In this document: one piece after another, positions 28,072 to 36,719 of the stretch | Layout: each line of letters opens with the position of its first letter | Numbering within the stretch: the stretch's first letter is position 1 | Source: an uncultured Pseudomonadota bacterium | GTDB lineage: Bacteria; Pseudomonadota; Alphaproteobacteria; Rs-D84 | Length of the DNA: 64,000 bases | NCBI GenBank assembly: GCA_946613885.1 | Contig: CAMOGA010000001.1 | Location: 23,640-87,639 of the forward strand | Reading direction: 5' to 3' | Translations under genes and position numbers: made by a program | Notes under the pieces: generated by a model | The model's input: the letters and a program-made list of their open reading frames with translations, nothing else | Told to the model about the DNA's origin: nothing | Databases searched by the model: none

Positions 28072-29352
28072 ATGAAAATTGAACAATTATGTGTAAACAG
28101 ATTATACGGTGATGTTGCTGGTGCAACAACACGCGGACATAAAATAGCCGTCAAAGGTGGGTATATTTATCAAACTTTTCAAGGCGGATACACACTGACA
28201 CCATTGGGTTGGTCTGTCGTTCACAAAATCGAAAATATTATCCGTGATGAAATGAACGCGATTGATGGACAAGAGATTTTAATGCCTGTTGTTTGCAGTG
28301 CTGATTTATGGAAAGAAACCGGTCGTTATGACGCAATGTCAGTTCTTGCAAAATTCAAAGGTTCTAATGGTACAGATTATGTAATATGCCCAACACATGA
28401 AGAAGTTGTGACTGATTATGCTCGTTCTGTTATCAAATCTTATCGTCAAATGCCTTGCATGTTATATCAGATTCAAACAAAATTCCGTGATGAATTACGT
28501 GTACGCGCTGGTTTAATCAGAACACGTGAATTTATTATGAAAGATGGCTATTCTTTCCACGAAACCCAAGAAGATTTGGAACAATATTATCAACGTTGTT
28601 TCGATGCATATTACAGAATATTTAAACGTTGCGGATTAAAAAACTTTACTGATGTTATGTCTTCTACTGGTGATATGGGTGGAAAAATTGCTCACGAATT
28701 CCAGTTAATCAATGAAATGGGCGAAGACACTTTGTATATCTGTGATTGCGGGTTCCGTGCAAATAAAGAATTGGAAGATACTGATTCCACAAAGTGTCCA
28801 AAATGTGGAAAAGAATTAAACAAAGTTCGCGGTATTGAAATTGGAAATATTTTCCAATTGGGTAAAAAATATACTGAATCGATGCATATGACATACACAG
28901 ACAAAGACGGTAATGAAAAAACACCTATTATGGGATGTTATGGCATTGGTGTGACACGTGTAATGGCGGCAATAATTGAAGAAAGCGCAGATGATAACGG
29001 TCCAATTTGGAATATGGAAACCGCACCTTTTGCAGTGGAAGTAATTGGTTTACCAGACAAAGAAAATAAAACTTTTGAATTGGCTGAAAAAATCTATAAC
29101 GATTTGAAAAAATCTGGCATAGAAGTTTTATTGGATAATCGCGATAATCGTGCCGGAGAAAAATTTGCAGACGCAGATTTAATCGCGGCACCAATCAGAT
29201 TGATTATATCTACCAAGAACTTAGCCAACAATCAGATTGAGGTTAAATATCGTGTGAATAATTATGATACATCAACATTACCAAATGCAATTGATGTAAA
29301 TAATTATTTGAATACAATCAAAGATTTGATTTCAAAATTATCACAACATTAA
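28072..29352 (+). CDS. proS: Prolyl-tRNA synthetase (short alphaproteobacterial type without an editing insertion).
   Basis: Class II motif 2 FRDELRVRAGLIRTREFIMKDGYSFH and motif 3 GCYGIGVTR. Length 427 aa. ATG at 28072 preceded by AAAGAG; the track start at 28063 is a GTG. Confidence 0.85.
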   Translation: MKIEQLCVNRLYGDVAGATTRGHKIAVKGGYIYQTFQGGYTLTPLGWSVVHKIENIIRDEMNAIDGQEILMPVVCSADLWKETGRYDAMSVLAKFKGSNGTDYVICPTHEEVVTDYARSVIKSYRQMPCMLYQIQTKFRDELRVRAGLIRTREFIMKDGYSFHETQEDLEQYYQRCFDAYYRIFKRCGLKNFTDVMSSTGDMGGKIAHEFQLINEMGEDTLYICDCGFRANKELEDTDSTKCPKCGKELNKVRGIEIGNIFQLGKKYTESMHMTYTDKDGNEKTPIMGCYGIGVTRVMAAIIEESADDNGPIWNMETAPFAVEVIGLPDKENKTFELAEKIYNDLKKSGIEVLLDNRDNRAGEKFADADLIAAPIRLIISTKNLANNQIEVKYRVNNYDTSTLPNAIDVNNYLNTIKDLISKLSQH

Positions 29353-29378
29353 AAAACGCCCGTTTGGGCGTTTTTAAT
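29352..29378. terminator. Bidirectional rho-independent terminator.
   Basis: aaacgcccg-tttg-ggcgttttt. Confidence 0.7.
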
Positions 29379-30126
29379 TTTTACATGCCAATAATATATT
29401 GTCTGTTATTGCTCCACATGTTGCACCGCGCGAATTTAACAGGACTATATTTTTTGCCCCCATTAAAAAGCATAATGGTTCCCATGTTCCCGCCACCACC
29501 GACAAAGATTTAAATATTGCATTTCCTGTGTTGATATTATCAACAACGATTATATCTGCAATTTCACCAGTTAAATGTTTTTCCACGCGAATATTTTTAT
29601 CCAGCGCAACATCCAATTGTTCCAAACGTAATGTATCATTTGGAAATTCGTTTTTGTGTGATGTCCACCACGAATACAACACTGGCGACAATTTAGTGTT
29701 CGTATCGCCACCCGCAGATATCAGTGATATAAACGGTGCACGTTCTGTTTCAAAAACTTTGCCAAATAACGCAACCGCATTTTGCACAATATGTGTTAAT
29801 TGGTTTTCATCTGGCATTGGAATACATGCGGCATCTGTTAAGATAAACGGTGGTCTTTGTTTTGTTTTATCAAAAAAAACCGCGCAATGTGTTAAGTAAA
29901 ATTTTTCACCATTTGATAATTTTTTATTAATTGCGATTATATGTCGCAAAAAATCATCACTGTGAATATCGCATTTCATCAAAATCAATTCACCATCAAA
30001 ATCTGGCAAATCATCAGTGTTTGGCGCATATTCCCACCCGATGATTTCAGGACATTTTTTCATTGCATTTTCAATTGCGTTTTTATATTTATTCGTCACA
30101 TCACCAAAACATAAAATTTTTTTCAT
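29374..30126 (-). CDS. Phosphate acetyl/butyryl-transferase family protein (short Pta/Ptb-like).
   Basis: The C-terminal region DNINTGNAIFK...GAKNIVLLNSRGATCGAITDNILLA matches the conserved Pta C-terminal block (DLEAGNIGYK...PVNDLSRGA...DIVN). Only 250 aa. Confidence 0.55.
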   Translation of the reverse strand: MKKILCFGDVTNKYKNAIENAMKKCPEIIGWEYAPNTDDLPDFDGELILMKCDIHSDDFLRHIIAINKKLSNGEKFYLTHCAVFFDKTKQRPPFILTDAACIPMPDENQLTHIVQNAVALFGKVFETERAPFISLISAGGDTNTKLSPVLYSWWTSHKNEFPNDTLRLEQLDVALDKNIRVEKHLTGEIADIIVVDNINTGNAIFKSLSVVAGTWEPLCFLMGAKNIVLLNSRGATCGAITDNILLACKN

Positions 30127-30230
30127 AAAACCCTTCCTTGATTATCTTGCATGAGATAATAGCAAAACATAAATATTTTTATCAAATACTTTTTATGATA
30201 TAATTATCTCAACAAACCCAGGAGTGAGAA

Positions 30231-31160
30231 ATGAAAATAGCAATCATCGGCGTTGGCAGTGTTGGTTCTGCTGTTGCCACAGCTGTTAAAAATACAGGAT
30301 TAGCACACGAAATCGTTTTATTTGACAGGGACGGCATTCGCGCACGCGCTGCCGCAGAAGATTTGGGACATGCATCGGCATTTTCATACGATATAAAAAT
30401 AACCGCTGTTTCAAATTATCGCGCGATTCGTGGTTCTGAAATAGTTATTGTTGCCGCCGGAGCAAATCAAAAACCCGGTGAAACACGTATGGATTTATTG
30501 TACAAAAATGCAGATGTTATTTCTGATATTATTCCACGCGTTATGGCAAATACAGATAATAAAAATGTAAAAATTATCATTGTCACAAATCCATTGGATG
30601 TAATGGTTATGTTGGCACAAAAGTTATCTAAATTGCCGGCAAACCGAGTTATTGGCACTGGGACTATGTTAGATTCTGCACGTCTAAAAATCATATTATC
30701 GCGATATTTTGGTATTTCCACACGTTCAATTAATTCGTATGTTTTGGGCGAACATGGTGATTCTTCTGTTGTCAATTGGTCATCTGTTAACATTGGCGGA
30801 ATTGATTTAGATAATTTTTGTAAACAGAGCAAAATCCCCCTGCCCCAGACATCCCGCAACACAATAGAACATCGTGTAAAAAATGCAGCATATGAAATCA
30901 TCCAAGGCCGTGGTGCTACATGGGATGGAATCGGCGCTGCAGTTGCAGATTTATTACACGCAATTATTAACGATGAACATCGTATATTAACAACATCTGT
31001 TGTGGATGGTGTTGGTAAAAATTCAGTTGCAATATCAATGCCGCGTGTTATCGGTGCAAATGGTGTTATTATGAATCTGGCACCTGCGATGAATACATCG
31101 GAAAAAAATGCATTACGCAAAAGTGCAAAAATCATCCGTAAAAATTTTGATTTATTGTAA
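30231..31160 (+). CDS. ldh: L-lactate dehydrogenase (LDH/MDH superfamily, with Gln at the substrate-specificity position).
   Basis: Rossmann IIGVGSVG. The GANQKPGETRMDLL loop has Gln rather than Arg. GEHGDS active-site signature. Confidence 0.8.
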   Translation: MKIAIIGVGSVGSAVATAVKNTGLAHEIVLFDRDGIRARAAAEDLGHASAFSYDIKITAVSNYRAIRGSEIVIVAAGANQKPGETRMDLLYKNADVISDIIPRVMANTDNKNVKIIIVTNPLDVMVMLAQKLSKLPANRVIGTGTMLDSARLKIILSRYFGISTRSINSYVLGEHGDSSVVNWSSVNIGGIDLDNFCKQSKIPLPQTSRNTIEHRVKNAAYEIIQGRGATWDGIGAAVADLLHAIINDEHRILTTSVVDGVGKNSVAISMPRVIGANGVIMNLAPAMNTSEKNALRKSAKIIRKNFDLL

Positions 31161-31185
31161 AAGAAATCAATCTTATAGCCCACAA

Positions 31186-31230
31186 AAAATCCCGTGTTAT
31201 ATTTTGTATAAAATATTCATGGGATTTTTT
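31186..31230 (+). terminator. Rho-independent terminator after ldh.
   Basis: aaaatcccgtg...catgggatttttt: a 9-bp stem including a G-U pair, then a U-run ending 1 nt before the next ATG. Confidence 0.6.
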
Positions 31231-31231
31231 A

Positions 31232-31537
31232 ATGAACAAAAATGACATAACTTTTCAAATTGGTGATAACGGTTGCAGGATTTATGCAATCTGCAACGGC
31301 AAAAAAATTGGCAATATATTCTTTGTTCGTGTTGGCACCGATAAAATTATGATTTCCGATGCAGAAATAGACCCTGAATATACCGCACACGATATCGAAT
31401 TATACCTGGTTCAAGAAATAATTGCGATTGCCCGCAATCAGCATCGCCGTATAATATCAATATGTCCATATATTTCTGAAATTTTTGCACAACATCCAGA
31501 ATTTGATGATGTCCGAATGTTAAATCGTGAAAGATAA
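31232..31537 (+). CDS. Small GNAT-like N-acetyltransferase (YjdC / Acetyltransf_CG-like), 101 aa.
   Basis: Size and the central YLVQEIIAIARNQHRRII region are typical of the minimal GNAT family. Weak call. Confidence 0.45.
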   Translation: MNKNDITFQIGDNGCRIYAICNGKKIGNIFFVRVGTDKIMISDAEIDPEYTAHDIELYLVQEIIAIARNQHRRIISICPYISEIFAQHPEFDDVRMLNRER

Positions 31538-31610
31538 AAGAATGCCCGCCACAAAGTTGTAGAGAGAAATGTGGCGGGTGCTCCCTTCCTTCCGCAATAG
31601 CGGAAACTGA

Positions 31611-31946
31611 TTATGCGGCCATACGTGTTGTCTTTTTATTAGACACTTCGCCAGAATCCATAATCTTTTTGGCTTCTGCGAAAACCATTTCTTTTACACG
31701 TAATGCCAAATCTGCTGTTTCCAAAGATTCGGCTGCCACATCAAAATTGTCTGTTCTGATTTGCAATGACACATATGCACCAATTAATGCACTGCGCGAC
31801 AAATCTTCAATCGAGCGTGGTGCATTATTTTTTCCAATATGCAATTCATCACTTAATGAAACGATTTGACGATCTGCATTGACCCATACAGTTGTTGTTA
31901 GTACTTGGTTCAATGCAATCATTATTTCCTTTATGTTTTTGGCCAT
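31611..31946 (-). CDS. Hypothetical protein, 111 aa.
   Basis: ORF with coding composition. Convergent with the GNAT gene across an inverted repeat (cccgccaca...tgtggcggg). Confidence 0.4.
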   Translation of the reverse strand: MAKNIKEIMIALNQVLTTTVWVNADRQIVSLSDELHIGKNNAPRSIEDLSRSALIGAYVSLQIRTDNFDVAAESLETADLALRVKEMVFAEAKKIMDSGEVSNKKTTRMAA

Positions 31947-32237
31947 TTGTTTATCCTCCCTTTTTAATTTGTGGCGAAAAAAACAATTTTTTTGTATTTA
32001 CGATTGTATTTACAAATTTTATTTTTTATTTTTTTCGTTTTTTTATTTTTTTCCAGATTTCCGGTTTTATTTAGATTTCTGGTGTTTTTAATTAACTTTC
32101 CCCTTGTCTATACAAACATCTTAGAACAAAAACGAATCGCTCGTCAAGCATAAAATTAATTTATTTTCATTTTATTTAAAAAAAATCTAATTTGACTTAA
32201 AATCCCATAAAAAACCATATAATAATTATTAATTGTC

Positions 32238-32266
32238 ATTGACAACCATAAAAACATTTGCTAAAT
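32238..32266 (+). promoter_or_regulatory. Candidate sigma-70 promoter for mraZ: TTGACA, 17-bp spacer, TAAATT.
   Basis: Consensus-like hexamers with canonical spacing, 34 nt upstream of the mraZ ATG. Confidence 0.3.
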
Positions 32267-32299
32267 TCGATTACGAAGAACAAAAAGCACGGTGTATAA

Positions 32300-32749
32300 A
32301 TGGGTCTGTTTCTTTCTTCTTATGAAAATCGTTTGGACACCAAAGGGCGCATTTCTGTACCTGCGTCTTTTCGTTCTTCACTAAACAACGAAAATTTTGC
32401 CGGCGTTGTTCTTTTCCGTTCTTTTACACATAATTGCATAGAGGGATTATCCATGTCTCGCATGGAAAAAATTGCCAACGCAACCGATAAAATGGGTGTA
32501 TTTGATAACGATTTGGATGATTTAAGCGCCATGGTTTTTGCCGATGCGCGCCCATTACAATTTGATGTCACTGGGCGAATTGTAATCCCAAATGATTTAT
32601 TAAAACATGCAAACATCTCTGATACTGCATTATTTGTTGGTCGCGGAAACAGTTTTCAAATCTGGAATCCGGTTGATTTCAAAAATGCGCAACAAAAATC
32701 TTTATCAAAATTACGCAACGCTCGTCCAACTTTGAAAATTGGCGAATAA
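32300..32749 (+). CDS. mraZ: Transcriptional regulator MraZ.
   Basis: MGLFLSSYENRLDTKGRISVPASFR and a duplicated SpoVT/AbrB-like domain. Length 149 aa. Confidence 0.85.
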   Translation: MGLFLSSYENRLDTKGRISVPASFRSSLNNENFAGVVLFRSFTHNCIEGLSMSRMEKIANATDKMGVFDNDLDDLSAMVFADARPLQFDVTGRIVIPNDLLKHANISDTALFVGRGNSFQIWNPVDFKNAQQKSLSKLRNARPTLKIGE

Positions 32750-32821
32750 AATCACGTTTTTATACTTGTCACCAATCTATTTTTATGATAAAATTATAAT
32801 ACAAAGAAGGGAAGTCATACC

Positions 32822-35263
32822 ATGAAAAGATTTATCGCAGTATTAAGCAGTTTGTTGGTTTTACCCGCTTTTTCAGAGGTTGCACCAACATATTACGATG
32901 ATTCAATCGAATATTCTGACGGCGTTATCGATGACGCAGATACAGAATATGTTGATGAACAATCTGAATCCGTGGCGCAAAAAAACGTATCCCAACGGAC
33001 AACGATTAATCGTTCAACTGCATCGCGTGCGATAACATCTGGGAATAATGGTGTTGTATCACGCGCAAATGCTAATTCTCGTGCGGTTGCGTCTTCACCA
33101 CGTTCAACAACTGGAACGGCACGTGGAACTGCATCACGCACAACAAAAACAAATGCGGTTGTATCACGTACACCAACAACGACACGTGCAACGGTAAAAT
33201 CACGCAATACACAAAACACATCCAAGGCGACAACTGCCCGTGTTGGAACATCTAATAATCCAGTAATGCCAACATACAGAACACGTCAAAACAACACATC
33301 TGCCACGTTAAATGATTCTGGTGATGCATTGTATATCCCAAATTCGGCACGTGTTAGTGTTGCAAATCGTCGTTCATCTGCACGTATATCAACTACGGCA
33401 CGCGCATCAACGCCTGTAATTACCGAAGAAGATATATCCACAACCACATCAAATTTGACGGCTTTGGCGGAATTAACCGATTATTGCAAGGCACAATATG
33501 CGGCATGTATGGATAATTATTGTAATGTTTTGGACGATAATCAGGGTCGTTGTTCATGTTCCAAAAACATCAAAAATTACGCTAAGACAGAGGCAGCTTT
33601 GGCGGCTGCCACCGAAGAATTTCAAAATGTCGTTCAAAAAATTAAATACATTGGATTAACTGGCAATCAAATTGAAACTCTGTTTACCGAGACCGAGGCC
33701 GAATTAACCATGAAATCAAAAACAGATTCTTCACGGTTAAAAACCAGTTTGGACGCAATTAAAAAGAATATTGTTGACGTATCAACATCTTCATCTTCGT
33801 CTGCCGATTTAAACACCGGTTTATCATGGGATATTTCCGGATTGTTAAATGCAGATTTTACATCTGGATTTGATTTGTCATCATTTTTGGGTCAAAACAA
33901 CACATCAACATCCAACGTATCAAATCAACGTGGCGAAACATTATACAAAACCGCACAAAATCGTTGCAGAACGGCGGTGTTAAATTCTTGCACCAGTCAG
34001 GGTATTGATGCCAATGTGATTACAAATTCTTATGATTTGGAAATTGATAAACAATGTGTTGCCTATGAACGTTCTTTGAACGAGGCAAACAGTGAAATGC
34101 GTAACAATGTCACAAATGCGCAATTCATCTTGCAACAGGCACGTTTATTATTGGCACAAAACCGTAATTCTTACGATTTACGTGGTTGTGTGGCGGCAAT
34201 TGATTCATGTATGCAGGACGATTATGTCTGTGGCAGCGATTATGAATTATGTCTGGATCCAACGGGTAAGTATCTGGCAAACGGCGAAGTTGTCAAGGGT
34301 GGAACACCCGGCGTTTCTGGCGGTCAGAATATAAATACAACTCCTATATCTGATTCTGGCGAGAATACTTTAGACAAATGGACCAGTGGCGGTATGTATA
34401 ATTTATATTCTATCTGGAATTATGGTGATAATAAAAATGCGTGGGGCGTTGGTAAACAAGAAAACCTAGGTGGATATATTGATGCCGAATTAACAAATTG
34501 GAAATCAATCTATGCAAAATCCAAAGACACAACAAAAACAGATAGCATGGCAACATATTTGTTGCAAAAAATTGGTTATATCGACAGCGATGACAAAGTT
34601 CATGGTATGTGTGCTTCGGTTATGAAACAATGCCAAGATTACACATACAGCAACCAGGCATCGAATAACAAAAAATATATTCCTGCGAATGAAGTTGTTC
34701 GTCAATACCTGGCATCTACATTATCAAAGATAAAGGTTCAACAAGATTCAATTTTGTCTGATTATGCCGAGGGCTGCCGTTCTGACGTTCAATCATGTTT
34801 ATCAACAAACGGTTATGATGATTCAAATACATCATCCACCGCATCAAAAACCGCGGTTAACGCATGTGCCGCCGAAATTACAACATGTATGTCTGTTGGC
34901 GGATACCAGGTTAAAGATGGCGTAAAATTAACTCTGCGCGCAATGTCAGATTGGGTTGCAAGTATTTTAATCAATTGCCCAGTCAACACATATCTGGTTG
35001 ATGACGGTATTGGTGATGGGACTGTAATCGGTTCCACAAATACTACTGGCACAGCAACACAATGTAAACCTTGTGGATACCCATTTATATATACCAGTGA
35101 CGGAGACAACACAAATCGCCGCACCACAAATATGGCAACATCATCTGGCGGTCAGGCAACAATTTGTACTTGCCCAGAAGGTTATGACGATTACATAATA
35201 ACCGATGACAGTAACACCAGAACATTGGGTTGTATAGAACAAACAACAACGTCTGGTAATTAA
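32822..35263 (+). CDS. Large secreted protein with an N-terminal Thr/Ser/Arg/Ala-rich low-complexity region and a Cys-rich C-terminal domain.
   Basis: Signal peptide MKRFIAVLSSLLVLPAFS. The TARGTASRTTKTNAVVSRTPTTTRATVKSR low-complexity region. More than 40 Cys in the C-terminal 550 aa. Confidence 0.55.
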   Translation: MKRFIAVLSSLLVLPAFSEVAPTYYDDSIEYSDGVIDDADTEYVDEQSESVAQKNVSQRTTINRSTASRAITSGNNGVVSRANANSRAVASSPRSTTGTARGTASRTTKTNAVVSRTPTTTRATVKSRNTQNTSKATTARVGTSNNPVMPTYRTRQNNTSATLNDSGDALYIPNSARVSVANRRSSARISTTARASTPVITEEDISTTTSNLTALAELTDYCKAQYAACMDNYCNVLDDNQGRCSCSKNIKNYAKTEAALAAATEEFQNVVQKIKYIGLTGNQIETLFTETEAELTMKSKTDSSRLKTSLDAIKKNIVDVSTSSSSSADLNTGLSWDISGLLNADFTSGFDLSSFLGQNNTSTSNVSNQRGETLYKTAQNRCRTAVLNSCTSQGIDANVITNSYDLEIDKQCVAYERSLNEANSEMRNNVTNAQFILQQARLLLAQNRNSYDLRGCVAAIDSCMQDDYVCGSDYELCLDPTGKYLANGEVVKGGTPGVSGGQNINTTPISDSGENTLDKWTSGGMYNLYSIWNYGDNKNAWGVGKQENLGGYIDAELTNWKSIYAKSKDTTKTDSMATYLLQKIGYIDSDDKVHGMCASVMKQCQDYTYSNQASNNKKYIPANEVVRQYLASTLSKIKVQQDSILSDYAEGCRSDVQSCLSTNGYDDSNTSSTASKTAVNACAAEITTCMSVGGYQVKDGVKLTLRAMSDWVASILINCPVNTYLVDDGIGDGTVIGSTNTTGTATQCKPCGYPFIYTSDGDNTNRRTTNMATSSGGQATICTCPEGYDDYIITDDSNTRTLGCIEQTTTSGN

Positions 35264-35277
35264 AAACAATAAAAATA

Positions 35278-35306
35278 AAAAAGCGTTGGAAACAACGCTT
35301 TTTTAT
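35278..35306. terminator. Bidirectional rho-independent terminator.
   Basis: aagcgttg-gaaa-caacgcttttttatt. Confidence 0.7.
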
Positions 35307-35312
35307 TTAACT

Positions 35313-36386
35313 TTAATTATCTTTTAATTTTCGAATTTCATCTTTGATATTGCTTAATGCGTTTGTGCGTTCACGAATTTTGCCATAAAAATCAGATTTA
35401 CATAAATTCGCAGCATATTCCAGCGCATGCGTCCACGACAATGCATCTGAATTTCCATGTGTTTTTACAGAAAATCCGTTTAACCCCAAAAACACAGCCC
35501 CCGCATAAGAACGTGGGTCAATTTTATTCTTTAATCTTTTGAATAAATGAATCAAGAAAAATGTCCCCAATATTGCCAACACAGAACGCTTATAATTTGC
35601 CTTTACAATGCGGGAAATCATTTTTGCGGTACCCTCGACCGTTTTTAACATAACATTGCCTGTAAAGCCATCTGTGACAACAACCTGAACGTTTCCAGCT
35701 GTGACATCATTACCTTCGACAAAGCCGATATATTCATACGGCAATTCATCAGTATGTTCTGATAAAATTTTGTTCAAACGTTGTAATGTTTCACTGCCCT
35801 TGGTTTCTTCTTCGCCGATGTTCAAAATACCCACGCGCGGGCGTTTCATATTTCCAATGATTTCTGCGTACACACTGCCTAAAATGGCAAAATCAAATAA
35901 AATCTCTTCATCGCATTGAACATTGGCACCCAAATCCAAACCAACAACACGACTGTCCCCATTGCCAGATGGCAGCATCGTTGTAATTGCCGGCCGTGAT
36001 ATACCATCAACTGTTTTTAATGCTAATTTAGACAGAGCCATCAAAACCCCTGTATTACCAGCCGACACCACCGCAGATGAATTTCCATCCCTGACATCTT
36101 TGACCGCCATATACATCGAAGTATTTTGTGCATGACGAATAACATCACGAACTTTGTCTGTTCCAGAAATCACGTCATCTGCATTTATAATTTCACAATT
36201 ACGCGCAACACGTGGAAATTTTTTCAATAAATGACGCAAAACATTTTCCCGACCAAACACACGAAAAAATACGGAATCTTCACCATATTGGTATAAATAT
36301 TGATTCATACCACCAAACACAGCAATCGGAGCATTATCCCCCCCCATTGCATCAACCGAAATTATTCTTTTAGCATCTGTCATCAT
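35313..36386 (-). CDS. plsX: Phosphate acyltransferase PlsX.
   Basis: IISVDAMGGDNAP N-terminal signature. Sits in the rpmF-plsX arrangement. Confidence 0.85.
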   Translation of the reverse strand: MMTDAKRIISVDAMGGDNAPIAVFGGMNQYLYQYGEDSVFFRVFGRENVLRHLLKKFPRVARNCEIINADDVISGTDKVRDVIRHAQNTSMYMAVKDVRDGNSSAVVSAGNTGVLMALSKLALKTVDGISRPAITTMLPSGNGDSRVVGLDLGANVQCDEEILFDFAILGSVYAEIIGNMKRPRVGILNIGEEETKGSETLQRLNKILSEHTDELPYEYIGFVEGNDVTAGNVQVVVTDGFTGNVMLKTVEGTAKMISRIVKANYKRSVLAILGTFFLIHLFKRLKNKIDPRSYAGAVFLGLNGFSVKTHGNSDALSWTHALEYAANLCKSDFYGKIRERTNALSNIKDEIRKLKDN

Positions 36387-36442
36387 AAATATAAAAAAAG
36401 GGCCGTGTAAAAATACCCTGCCCTTTAATTTCCCTTATCAGA

Positions 36443-36592
36443 TTATTTAGATCCACACGCAGGGCAAATATGATGTGGACGTTTCTTTTCACCACATTTT
36501 TTGCACACACTAACCGGCATCACAGACAAAGCATCATGTGATTGACGTTGTGCAGAACGTGCTTTACTTGTTTTACTTCTTGGAACTGCCAT
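36443..36592 (-). CDS. rpmF: 50S ribosomal protein L32.
   Basis: Manual translation MAVPRSKTSKARSAQRQSHDALSVMPVSVCKKCGEKKRPHHICPACGSK, 49 aa. Below the ORF-track size cutoff. Classic position upstream of plsX. Confidence 0.8.
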   Translation of the reverse strand: MAVPRSKTSKARSAQRQSHDALSVMPVSVCKKCGEKKRPHHICPACGSK

Positions 36593-36659
36593 TTTATAAT
36601 CCTTTTTATTTTACTCTGCTAATTCTATTCAATTATTCTACATTTGCAAGCAAAAAATC

Positions 36660-36712
36660 AACAAAACAACAAATGCCCAACGCAAACAATATGTCTAACA
36701 TTGGGCATTATT
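36660..36712 (-). terminator. Rho-independent terminator downstream of rpoC.
   Basis: Minus strand: atgcccaatg...cgttgggcat stem followed by a U-rich tract. Confidence 0.55.
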
Positions 36713-36719
36713 GATTATC

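Noticed and set aside
31879-32153. Three overlapping plus-strand ORFs of 60-70 aa, rich in F, L and I.
   Set aside because: They lie in the AT-rich and T-tract-rich mraZ upstream region, partly antisense to 31611..31946. The composition-driven open frames have no Shine-Dalgarno sequence.
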